Positions 34,931 through 46,655 of a stretch of 64,000 nt of DNA are shown in pieces (position 1 is the stretch's first letter; every line of letters starts with the position of its first letter). The notes under the pieces were generated by a model. It was not told the DNA's origin. It saw nothing but the letters and a program-made list of their open reading frames with translations, and searched no databases. Location: NCBI GenBank assembly GCA_009103225.1, contig RHPI01002368.1:1025226-1089225 (forward strand), read 5' to 3'. The translations under genes were made by a program, and so were the position numbers. This DNA is from Chlorokybus atmophyticus (taxonomy: Eukaryota > Plantae > Mesostigma and Chlorokybus algae).

Positions 34931-37660
34931 CATAGGTGCTTGGCTCCTCATGCTGCACACTGGCGACGTGTGCCTTGTGTAGGAAGTCAGGTGCCTTTCT
35001 CTCCCTCATTGGGTATCTCCGAGCTGCGTGCTCCTGCTGCAGGTGCGGCTCCTTCTGGCCTGCTACAACTGAGTCTCGCTCACCCTTGTTGTTGATGACT
35101 GCCTCGCCCTCAGCCTCCACTGTCTTGAGATGCTCCTGTGGCTGTACTTCATCGTCATCTCCCGGAAAGAAGCCTGCTTCTGGTTGTGATAATCCCTCAT
35201 GGAAAACCACCTCTCTGCTCACGATGATCTTCTGAGTGTCCTCGAGCAAGATCCTGTAAGCCTTGGAACCCGGTTCATAGCCAACGAAGATGCCCTTCTT
35301 GCTGACCGGCTCCAGCTTGTGCCTGAGCTGTTTAGGCACTAGTGCATATGCCGTGCATCCAAACACACGCATACCACTCACATCTGGTGTGGCTCCATAC
35401 AAGTGCTCCCACGGAGTCTTCTGCTCTGAGCTCACCGGAGACTTGTTGCGGATGTAGTTAGGAGTGAGTACCGCCTCCTTATACAAACTGTCTTCCATAT
35501 TTGTGTCGTTGAGCATGGCTCGAACACGCTCCAAGAGTGTCCTGTTGAGGCGTTCAGCTGCTCCATTCTGCTGCGGGGTGTAGGGTGCCGTTGTCTCGTG
35601 GCGTATGCCCTTGCTGGCGAAGAACTCCTTCAACTCCTTGTTGATGTACTCCCCTCCTCGATCACTCCTCATTGCCTTCATCTTGTTGCCAGACTGCGTC
35701 TCCAACAAGGCCACGACTGTGCGCACAGCTCCAGCAACTTCTGACTTGAGCGTCAATGGAAAGATGATGGATAGCTTGCTGTAGTCGTCGAGGAATGTAG
35801 CAAAGTACCTGGCCCCTCCCTTCGACACAATGCACATAGGGCCACAGACATCCATGTGCACAAGCTCGCAAGGATGCTGACTGCTAGAAGAGGATGATGG
35901 GAATGGCATAGCATGCTGCTTTGCAACCAGGCATGGTTCACAAAGTGCACCCGATGCATTCTTGAGTTCTTCTGTGCTGAGATGGATGCCCTTGACCATT
36001 TTAGCGACAAGGCGAGTGAGGTTGACGTAGCTGAGATGCCCGAACCTCTGATGCCACAATGTTGGCGACTCCTTGTCCTTCACCATTATGGCTTGAATGT
36101 CAATGTCCTGAGGGTGCTGCTCCACGTGGTAGAGCCCTCCCGGATCAGCGATTCCAACCCAGTGCACGACCCCATGAAGGATGACTGTGCAGCCACCCTT
36201 CCGAAATAGGATCTCCGCGCCTAAACGCTCCGCAACCCTCACAGAGAATAAGTCCGCAATAGCCTTAGGAACATGCAGGACGTTGCGTAACAACACCTCG
36301 CGTAGTGTGTTACCAACCTTGCACTGGAGTCGTACGTTGCCAACTCCCTCAGCCACCAGTATTCGCCACTGAAGCCCGCCACCTTGATTGTGGACGTCAG
36401 CTTTCTGTAGCCCTCCATCACCTCCTTGTTTGGTGTGAGATGACGATTGCAGCCAGAGTCCACCGTACAGAAAGCTGTGCCCGCCCTCGAACTGGATGCA
36501 GTGAAGGCGACTTGTTTCTCCTTGTGTTGGTGCTCGTTGCCGCTGTTGCTGGTGCTTGCTCTAGGTTGCCCCTGTTGTTTCTTCCTACAATTCTTCACAA
36601 TGTGCCCCTTCGAACCACACCAGTGGCATGTGAGGTCTTTGTGACGAGGATTGCCCGGCTTGTTGCCCTTGTTCTTCTCTTCATGGTTGCTCTTCTTCCC
36701 GTTCTTGTTGGTGTAGAAGGCCACGGCATCAGCTTGCTCGTCCTTCTTCATCACCTTCTGCTCCACGGTGAGCAGTTTCGGTAGTACATCGTCCAGCGTC
36801 AGCTCTAATGACGATGTCTCTAGCAGTGTTGCAACGACCTCGTACTCTGCTGGTAGCCCTGCAACAACAGCCAGCACAACCTCCGTCTCCCCCATATTAT
36901 GGCCGACGTTGATGAGGTCCGCCCACAGCTCTCTCGCGCGCGCAACATACTTTGTGATGGGTTCTGCTGCCTCCTTCCTGAGTGCGCTCAGCTGCTTGCG
37001 TAGCTGCAATTTTCTGGCGTTGTTCTTGGCTCTGAAAACGGCTGATAGCTTGTCCCAAGCTTGTCTACCATCTTCACATGCAGTGAGCATGGAAAAGTGA
37101 TGCGGTTTGTAATTCAACACAAGCAAAGAGTGTGCTTTTGCTGAATGCTCTAACCACACAGTGTTTGCTCCTGGTATTGGTGGTGGTGCCTTCGGGTCAA
37201 CATACTTCCACACCTTCTTATGGATGAGCAAGGCCTTCATCTCCACGCACCATGTGTTGTAGTTGACGGTGTCCAGCTTTGCAATCTGCCCCTTGTCGTA
37301 GGTCGCCTCCATCTTTGTCGTGCCTGCCTTCACTTGCAGTTGACACCCAAGGCTCTGCTACCAACAAGCTACCGTAGTGTAAAACTACTATGCACACAAG
37401 GTAGTCTCACACTTCTCAAGCGTAGTGTGGGCCCATAACCTATTGAAGGACTAGCATGCACATGTAGCTGAGGCAAGCATGGATACACACGGACAGAGCT
37501 ACCGCCACCATAGCATACACAAGTCACATCACATTCATCTATTACAAGTTGTCCGCTGGTTCTTATACCAGCCAGTTACACACACGTCTACGTTTGCAAG
37601 CACTGCGTAAGCTATACTTAGCCTTTTGACGCGCTCTAAGCTGTGTTGTCTTCCTTCCAA
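34926..37660 (-). mobile_element. Ty1/Copia element A3, 3'-truncated, with partial 5' LTR
   Basis: ORFs 36239-37333 and 34890-36356 are joined by a frameshift and end at HEEPSTYEE. PBS at 37429-37440; LTR from 37441 broken at ~37661. Confidence 0.93.
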
Positions 37661-38201
37661 CGTCAGTCAATCGTGAACTTGATGCCGTCCATGCTTGTGA
37701 CCTTCGTTGCCTCTTGCAACCTACCCACCAAGCAAGCACCTACTCACACGATAACAACTCACTACACCCTACACAAGCATGTAAGGGTCCATAACCTGTT
37801 GAGATGCGTTAACAAACCTACACATGCACATGTGTGCACGCCACCCAACACCAACGCCAAGAGGCTGCAACAACAAGACTAAGACTAAGACCATCTATTG
37901 CCATCATGTCCGCGGGTTTTATACCCGCCAGGAATACACCTGTCTACTCTAGAAGCCACCACGTTCGTTACACTTATTTGAATGATGCGTTCAAAGAAGC
38001 ATCTTGTAGCTACTTTTAAGGGCTATCTACTGAGCTCTGAACGCCCAAATCGGTGCAGTAACCACCGAGTTATGACGATTCTCGTGCAGGATTGGAAGTC
38101 GCCAGACTCCGGACTTGAGTCCTCGCATAGAGCCTTCTCACGGCCATTCCTATTCAGAGGGCAAGCTGACCGTTCGCCTGGATGTAGGAATATCTTCAAC
38201 A
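37661..38201 (-). mobile_element. Copia family B remnant: 5' LTR (37797-38201), PBS and short leader
   Basis: TGTTGAGATG...TATCTTCAACA, adjacent GGGTCCATAACC (37785-37796, rc of the PBS with one mismatch). LTR homologous to the solo LTR at 58653-59095. Confidence 0.88.
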
Positions 38202-41200
38202 TACCTATCGTAGTGGCTTGTTTACTTACAGTGCCACCCTCTTTGCTCAAGTGAGTGCGACGCATTCTGCATCAAATAGTGTAGTCTGTATCTTTGGATA
38301 CATCCCGGTGCATTCGTTATGACTGTCATCACATAGTGCGCACACAAGCACTAGTGTGGTGAGTGGTAGCAGCATCAAAACAGATAGTAGAGCACAAACA
38401 CTCTACCCTGCATACACTTTCACCTGTGGACTAGTTGTACGAGCAAAACCACCCCGTTCTCTCCAATAGACAAGGGTGACCTCGACAGCTGGAGCACAAC
38501 CTCCAATCTTACCTACGAGCGGACCAGCGACGGGAGCAGCGATTGCAGCAGCAGCAGAGGCTCGCATTCTGTATGCACCTTCACTCCGTTTTGGTCGACT
38601 CCTCGCCATCGAGCTTCCCCACTATCCCCACTATCATCTGACATGGATGACTACGAGATGGAGTCTTCCAGCTCAACCACATCCCTGCGTTTCTCCAGAT
38701 GTGCTGGCACCACCTCTCTGAACGAATTCATCGTCAAGTTCCATTCCAAGATGCGACAGCAAGCTCTTAAGAACAAAGACTGGTCAGAGGCGATTTTTTT
38801 CCACATTGTTGCTCAATATGTAGACCATGAAGCACGCGATGTCTGGAAGTCTGCTACTGAACTGCATCAAGCTAATGGCTATGACGAGCTTGCCAGCACC
38901 ATAGCATCTTCATCATTGCGCAGTCTAGCAGCCGTCGTTTCGCCTGCCACTCCAGCTGCAGTCACCGGCTTGTCCATAGCTACAGCCATCGAGAGGGCAA
39001 AGGAGGAGGAGCCTGAGTTGGTGATCGTCAACCTGGCCTCTGCAGAGATTGAGATCAAGACGGCCGCGCGACGGGCCTGTTGAGAAGCAAGCATGCAAGT
39101 GAAGAGGGCAAGCAATGACACACAGGAGAAGGCAACACACTTCCCATTTCCCATTTGATTACCAACAGACCGCGGGGTTACATACCCGCCAGTCAGTACA
39201 CAGCTTGTACACACTGCTGGTCTACACGCAACAGCGTCCAATATACTGAACTGTATCCTACGCTGTAAGATGTGCCACGTAGCTAACTTGATCAGCTTTG
39301 TAGCAAGCTATGCCACGTCCTATAAGACTGAGTATCCTAGGAGATATAACGATTCTCCTAGGACCCTTCTCTGCAGTCCGCGCCAGGACGTTCATGTCCG
39401 GAGTCTTCGAGGTCCTCCCATCGAGGTCCCTTCTCTTCTCTCTTGTATGCAGGGCAGGCTGACCGGATGTAGGAATATCTTCAACAGGGCCCGAATCCTG
39501 GATCTTTCTGCTGCCAGCCTTGAGGAACAACGAACTGCAGCCGCTGAGGTGGGCACGCCCCTACCTATGGCAACACCTGGCTCTCGTGCGGGAGGCAGTG
39601 CTTTCACCCTTGGGTCAGTTGCACTGCCCGCACCAGCCATCATTGTAGGTGCTGCCATCTCTGACTCTCCACTCAAAGATCTATACGCTGCACTTCAGCG
39701 CACCTTCCCACCGCAGACCACTAGTAAAGTGGAGGAGTTGAGGCGGTTCCGGCGCAAGCCCAATGAGGACCCCCTACGCCTGTACTCCGAGTTGTAAGGG
39801 CTGTTGAAGGACACTGACTACAAGATCGTCAACGATGAGGCGGCCGCAGTGGAATATGTCAATGAGTTTGATGCCACCATGAGCGAGTCGACGCGCCTGA
39901 CCCTGAACTACAGCAGGCCCCTTGGCTACACGCTCAAGGAAGCTTTTGAAACTGCACAAGCCATCCCTAAGCGCTTGGTGTATGAGAAGGCAGTGCTGGA
40001 TACCAACCGCAGCGCCTCACGGCCTGTAGCCAGCACGACTGTCGAGCCTCCGCGCCGCGAACGTGGCCGCGACGCTCCACCAGCACGCGACAAAGGGAAA
40101 CAGTCAGCGCATACTGCTCTGTCTGCCCATGTGCTGTGTCATCGCTGTGGACGGCATGGGCACTACCAAAAGGAGTGCACCAAAGAGTACTCAACTCTGG
40201 CCTGCGACTACTGTCACAAGACAGGCCACTTGGAGTCCGTCTGCTGGCTGAAGTTCCCTGAGTTGAGACCCGTCAACAACTACAACAGCAACAACACTGG
40301 AGGCCACAACGGTAACAACTCTGGTGGTTACAACGGCAACAACCTTGGTGGCTACAACAGCAACAACACTGGAGGCCACAACGGCAACAACGCTGGTGGC
40401 TACAACAACAATTACACCGGAGGCCATAACAGAACCAACAACTACGCCAACGCTCGCAAGGAAGAGCAAGGCTACAGGGGGAAGAATCGCCCTCCTCAGC
40501 GCAAGGGACTGGAAGGACGTCCGCGCGCTGCTGCTGTTGCCGCTAAGGCTCGAGCCAAACCGCCAGCTGATGACCATATGGCTGCCCTCATGGCACGTAT
40601 GGCATGCTTGGAGGAAGACAAGGAGCAGGACTACCGCGCCTGTTACTCTGCCCGGTGGGCACTAATGGCTCCAAAGCGCACGAGAGACACCAGCACTCCG
40701 TCGCGTATTCAACCATCCCGGCGAGTTCGAGGGGAAGCCGCAACATCGTCAGTAGCCACCTCCTCTGAAGCCACCAGTGGCACTACACCAGCCGCAACGG
40801 TCACACCGGCTACGACGTCAACTCCGTCAATGTCAATACAACTATTTGAGTTGCACCAGGTATTGGTACGTTAGTGGGCACCATGACGCCAACATCGGTG
40901 AGCACAATGGCGACAGCCACTGCTGTCACCGACTCTGCAGCAGTTGATCGCACCGGTCTCACTCCAGCTGCAGGAGCACCTGTGTCAGCGAGTGTTGAGA
41001 CCACTCTCACACCACTGCCCGGCACTATCGCAACCACTGCCAGTGCCATCGTCGAGTCCGCTGCCATTGCAACGACGCGCGCAGCTACGATGCCCGCCCT
41101 CGACGCCACTCAGGCTGTCTCGCAAGCTCAGCAAGCTGAGCGCGCGTGGGAGACCATCATGCGTGGAGTAGATCCCACTACCATTGCTTTTTGGCGAGGA

Positions 41201-42515
41201 GGAGAGCGCACCACGCGCGTTGAACGCAATGATTGCGTTTTCCCCCTGCCTGAATATCACACCCTGGAAGAGCAGCCCCAGCGGCAAGTGGAGGATGAAA
41301 TCCTCACCGGCACGGCACGCCTCAAAGGCGAGACCGCGTCCTTGTGGTTAAAACATCTGTTGTGCTGGTGTTGGCCTTGCAGCTGTTTTGGACTCCACAT
41401 GACAACATGCAGACCGCGCCACGCCAGCCCGCACAAGTCCATCACGAGCCTTTTGAGCCAAGTCCGCTGGACACGCATTGAGATTGGCAACCCAGCATGC
41501 AGCAGCACATTAGTGATGCCGCTGACATGCCTTTGGGTACCGATGAAGCATCGAGGACCCTCACTAATCCTCGGCTTCAAGAGCGCTACGCCGCTCTGGA
41601 ACAAGCGTTCACCTGGCGGCAAGACCAAAACGCCATCAATGCACGAGCGCAAGCCCTTACCCCTGCCCGTGCTTCCGTTCCTCAATCAACAATAGCTGGT
41701 CCATTGTCCAGCATCACACCTCTTACCGTCGAGACCAACATTGACCAGGCGAGGGCGCTGGCCCAACAAACCATGGGGTGGATTGCCCCGCTGCTACCCG
41801 CCTTGGTGGAAGATTTGCCTGACGAATAACGAGATCCAGGGAGAGGCTATCTTACAGCACAAAGGTATACGCAACGGGATGGAGCAGGCCTAGTTGGAGA
41901 ACGGCAAGTTTGCATTGCCCTGTTGCAACAAGCAACCAAGCTACATCAACAAGAAGGCATTGGCCTGAAACAGATGATGAGAATGCGAGAAGGTGGCAAT
42001 GTAGCGCCAGCGAGATTAGTGATTTGGCTTGTCACCAATCACCCCGCAGTCCCTTTGTTCGCATTTGGCACCAGATTGTCATGGCTGGACGCTTTCCTTC
42101 GCTTGCTATGGCAAGCCTATGACGAGGTGGCCTCGGCAGCCAACAATACTTTAGAAGGAGCTCATGGCGCCATACTGAGGTTGCATGGAGTGTAAACAGC
42201 GCAACAACGCATACGCATTGCAGCTGCTTATAAACAGCATGTCCCACAGCCAGAGATCTACCTCACTGTGCGTGCACGAGCAACAACGGAGCTTGAAGTG
42301 GGGGTGGTCAATGGCAGATGGGATGCCTACATGCTAGGGATCCTAAGGGTTCCCACCATCACCCACGACACAAGAGCGCGGCTCCTGCGCGCACTGTATC
42401 TTCAGCCCATGCCTCAGAACCATTGCTGGAGGTGATGGTGTCAACAATCCAACAGCCACATGGGAAGGTACACTAGTCAGGGGAGCGGCTCATGCTGTAC
42501 GCTGGACATCATGTC
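38202..42515 (+). mobile_element. Gypsy family D, copy 2 (5'UTR, gag, unknown region; truncated before the protease)
   Basis: Colinear with 14915-16570 plus 21487-23640; same CCHC knuckles (ORF 39804-40874) and a longer N/G repeat. Confidence 0.92.
39078..39486. mobile_element. Copia-type solo LTR (third LTR family)
   Basis: TGTTGAGAAG...TATCTTCAACA with TSD GGGCC (39073-39077 and 39487-39491). Shares the terminal GATGTAGGAATATCTTCAACA with family B. Confidence 0.93.
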
Positions 42516-42949
42516 ACCGGTAGAAATGACCCCCCAACAGTTCGGCCTTGCCCTCAACTTAAATGGAGATCTAGCTATAACTTATCTTGGGATCCGCATG
42601 TAAGCAACGTATTGGATTTTGCATTTTTTCCTGCTGCAGCCACAACTTAGTTTAATATTTAGCTGCCATTAAGGTTAAGTAGTTGGTGTGCATTAAGTTC
42701 GGTATCCGTCTTTTCTTGAACTTAATAATACCCACATCCTGTACTATTTTTCGGTTAAAACAAGTATTAAGGGGATCAGATTTGATGCGTGATTTAACCA
42801 AAAATGTCGCAACGCAGCGGGGTTTGCGATTACATCGACAGGATTTGAACTTGTGCGGATGAAGCCTGTCGAGTTAACAAGACGCGACCTATGACCTAAC
42901 CACCTACCTACTAGTCTACAATGACACAAGACATTTAATATTGCGTTTG
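42516..42949. repeat. Dispersed repeat 'X', copy 2, truncating family D copy 2
   Basis: Colinear with 10543-10982. Confidence 0.85.
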
Positions 42950-43049
42950 CTACTTAAAAAAGTGTGGTCAAGATCAGACTCTTTGGAAGAGGCGGGACAC
43001 ATAGACAAACACTATTCGAATACGCGGCCTTGTGGATTTGTATCGTGAG

Positions 43050-45350
43050 AAGGCGGACCGTGATGACAATGCGGGTTAGAGCAAGCGTCCGCACTTCAAG
43101 TAGCACACGGAGGTGTTGAGCGGCAAATTGAAGGTGGTGTGCAAGGCAACACATTCAGCTCAGTCTGGAAGCTCACAAAACCATGCGGAGCTGGCGCGTG
43201 CCACAAGGTGTCCGCACTCGTCGCACTAGTCGTGGAGAACGCAGCGCTAGCGGGGCTGCACACATAGCCGGCAAGAGAAAGGTTGTTTGTCATGAAGGAT
43301 GATGAGGATGGAGGTGTGTACGCGTACTTGTTGTATAGCGCGGTATTGTACAATGTGCGACCCCGTGATGGCTACGGCAACTACTAGCCTATAGTGCATG
43401 GAAGGCGCACGCTCTATCAGCATCCACAACGGCGGTCTCTCCTTTAATACGAGGCAACGGGGTCCACATTGCAGCTTCGGAGGTTTGCAAAAGTGCTGGG
43501 GGTCATGAGGAACTATTTATACCAGTTGATGTGCGTCGCCACACGGTATCGGCACATTCGACGGTGATGGTGGGAGGCCCTGCGCCTGTCACACCTATAG
43601 GGCATGGCGTCTCACTCTTAAGTACTTACTTATAGTAGTAAGTCATGCTGTGTGTGAATTCCGCTTCATGTGTAGTGCTTGTGAGGTGTGCTGATGCACA
43701 GTGTCGGGCCTTGCGAACTTATGTGCTCCTCCGAGTCGATCCCAACTATATTGCCTAATGAGAACTTACGACAGTCTTTTTTCTAATGTATCTTATTTAC
43801 TTGTGACAATCACATGAAGGTCTGCAATTCAATCGGCACAGTGCTGAAGGCACTGCATACCTCCTGCATGTACATGCTTGTGTATGGGGAACACGAGTTA
43901 TGACATGAACAACACATGAATCACCCAGATGATGTGCACACTTGTGCATGCTGACTACTTCAACAAGACACCCTTTCTATGAACTTGGAGAGTCCCTGTT
44001 CTTGTGAGCAGTCTTCAACGGGAGTGAGAAAGACCGTTGATACGCTTGCGGCAGCCCTCACACCGGTAGCCCTCAAATGACACTGTCTCCGTTGGAGGGT
44101 CGAGACAGTAGTAGTGCATGCCCACCGCTGTTGCAACCATGGCACAGCTTTATGAGTGCGTCGTCATCGGCGCTGCCACACCTCTCACACTGCTTACTGC
44201 GGCTGGGGCGCGGATGGCGTATCACAATGACGCCGAAGCTCGCAACATGCGGCAAGTAACATGGAGCGCGGTTTTTTATATAATGTTCTTAGTACGCTCG
44301 CCGTCGTTGCCAGTCAAGTCCAGCACTTGTGAACACCTTCAGCACCTTGTAGATGACTCGCTTGACGCTGATCATTGTTATGATGTCAAGGGCGTCGTGG
44401 GTCTGGGGGTCATGCAATAAACGTCTATTGCATGACCCTCTAAACGTAGTCGCCTGCTTTGAAGGGATGCTTGCGCTGCTTGTAGACATATACGGAATGT
44501 AGAATCCACCACGTATGCGCTCGTAGCTCAGTGTGTTGCGGTGTTGGGTAATGCACAAGTTGCTCATAATCATAGAAATGGCGTGCGCGAACAAGTATGC
44601 GCGCTGTTGCACATCATGCAGCATCGCCACAGGGTTGTTTACATTATCCAACACGCCGCTGCGCTCCACCTTCTTTTGTGCGTAGAAGGAAAGGAATGGC
44701 TCACGGTGGAACAGCAATTGCAGGGCCTGTACATGCGCAACAAGGCCTTGCCATTACATGCAGCCCATCTCGTAGCATTGCGCATATACAATCCACATTT
44801 TAGTGGTGCTACAAGATGATCGGTGGCTTGTGTTAATATGGATTGTATGTAAGCACTGCTATTGAACAACACCATGACATGATTGCCGTAATCGCAATAT
44901 AAAACAATGCGCCGCTCATACATAATACGTTTATATATGAACTACAATTGCAACCCCGATGACCATGCCCACATGGCTTGCACCCTGCAAGATCGATTTT
45001 TCATCCAATGATATCATTAGATGATTCGCATAGCTGCATGACGCAATCATGCGCACGTGGTGGTCACGAGTGATGAGCAGCGGACGTCCCACATCTGCGT
45101 AACGGCTATATATAACCATATCATCCACTTGGTTATCGGCATCAACACTCCACATTGCACTCAAGGCCACGCCATAACATAACATATATTAAAGACGTAT
45201 TCGACATTGGCTGTTTAACCCATCTCGATAAGTCTCATATAGCGTCAAAGACACTCACAAAAAGGCTATGTCAAGAAGCTGATAGAGCATTGCTTTAGCA
45301 AATGCGAGTCTTATACACATCGTACTCACATCTAATGTATGCATTGTACC
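43050..45350 (-). pseudogene. Degenerate gene with a PHD finger and further Cys/His-rich motifs
   Basis: 44189-44051: CERCGSADDDALIKLCHGCNSG(G)/MHYYCLDPPTETVSFEGYRCEGC (C4HC3; one frameshift at ~44121). ~43290-43070: SCRLCVQPR*RCVLHD*CDECGHLVARASSAWFCELPD*AECVALH. Protein-like but unassigned fragments upstream to the N gap. Confidence 0.6.
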
Positions 45351-46488
45351 NNNNNNNNNNNNNNNNNNNTCCCCCCCCCCCCCCCCCCTCCCCGCAAATA
45401 TCAATCTACCGTAGTGGGGCTTTATTGGTTAAAGGGATTGTATTGTAACGATACCGTATTACTTTTGGGAATGTGCAATACACATCAAGCATTGCAAAGG
45501 TAGAGTGAGAGCTGAGTTGTACCACAGCAACTACTTGCTTAGGCAAGTCGCTGGTGCGTGCGCTTGCTAGATTTGGGATCAGTGGGCTAAAAGGCCGGCA
45601 CAGTCTTAGAATGAGACGCGACGCGTGCTTGCTTGGCAACGTGCGCCTTGCTCGGTTGTCGGTAGGCGAGACTCAGGCCTATGTTGCGCGGTGCTTTTAT
45701 CCATAGATAGGTGTAGGCTACACCTAACGCAGTTCAGCATACGCAGCTGGAGGCGACGGTCCCAACCCACTTGCAACGGCCACCTTGTAATCTAAAGCGT
45801 TGCCAGTGTATCTGCATCGCTTCTGTCGTGATATCTCTCAGTCGGTTGTGTCCCTCCGCACGCAGACTTTCTTCCAATTGACTTAAGGCAGCATGGCAGG
45901 CTACAAGCCTGCCAGGGGCGCAGGGCCCACCGCTTTACCGTTCGATTCGCATCTGCTAGCGGCATAGAAGTTTGTATCGCAGCGTAGTAAATAACTTCAC
46001 GGCTCTATCTTCGCGTCGACATGCTCCGGTTCTGTGAAGTCCCGTCGAGTAGGCTTAGCGTAAGCTTAGCGGTTGCGAGTGGCGACACCAAGCAGGCGAC
46101 TGCGGGCAAAGCTTGCCGGTAATGTTGTTTGTTCATTACCGGGCGCAGATGAGCTGGCGGCGGCAGCTCAGCCTCAGCGTGGCAGGCGGTAATGCTCGCC
46201 GCAGCACACAGACACGTATGCACGGCATACTGTCGTGCTAGCTAGTCTTAGCTCTTGGTATGCAGCACGTGCAAGGCGGCTGTTTAGGCCTAGGTCTGCC
46301 TTGGTTGCATGCACGCCTTGCTGCTTTGCGCACGTGTATGGCTGTGCGGGGCCTCCATTGTAGCTATATTGTAGCTATAGGAGTGAAAGCTTGCCGCAGC
46401 TCCACGCCGAGCAACACACGGACGCACGTGTTTCATGGCGTGCTGTCGAGCGGTTTTGAGAACCAGGCGGAGTAGCTCAGGCCAAGGG

Positions 46489-46495
46489 TATAAAA
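46489..46495 (+). promoter_or_regulatory. TATA box of the root-cap-domain gene
   Basis: TATAAAA about 45 bp upstream of a 5'UTR intron (46539-46637, GT-AG) that precedes the ATG at 46656. Confidence 0.65.
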
Positions 46496-46655
46496 GCACT
46501 GCCGGCGCAACGCCCTTCTTCATACAGCCGCGGGACAGGTAACGCAGCTGCTTGACGCCATTGCATGCCTGCCTGCCTGCCTACTTGCTCTTGCGTGTCG
46601 TGGACCATCAACCCTTGCTTCTGTTGCGTACTTGCAGGCCTGGGCGGCCGTCACG

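Noticed and set aside
17179-37438. Numerous short antisense ORFs over the Copia elements
   Set aside because: Shadow frames of gag-pol; they recur only because the element is repeated.
44931-45185. RNA polymerase beta-like or giant-virus gene suggested by ADVGRPLL
   Set aside because: Only a five-residue resemblance; neighbouring polymerase motifs are absent.
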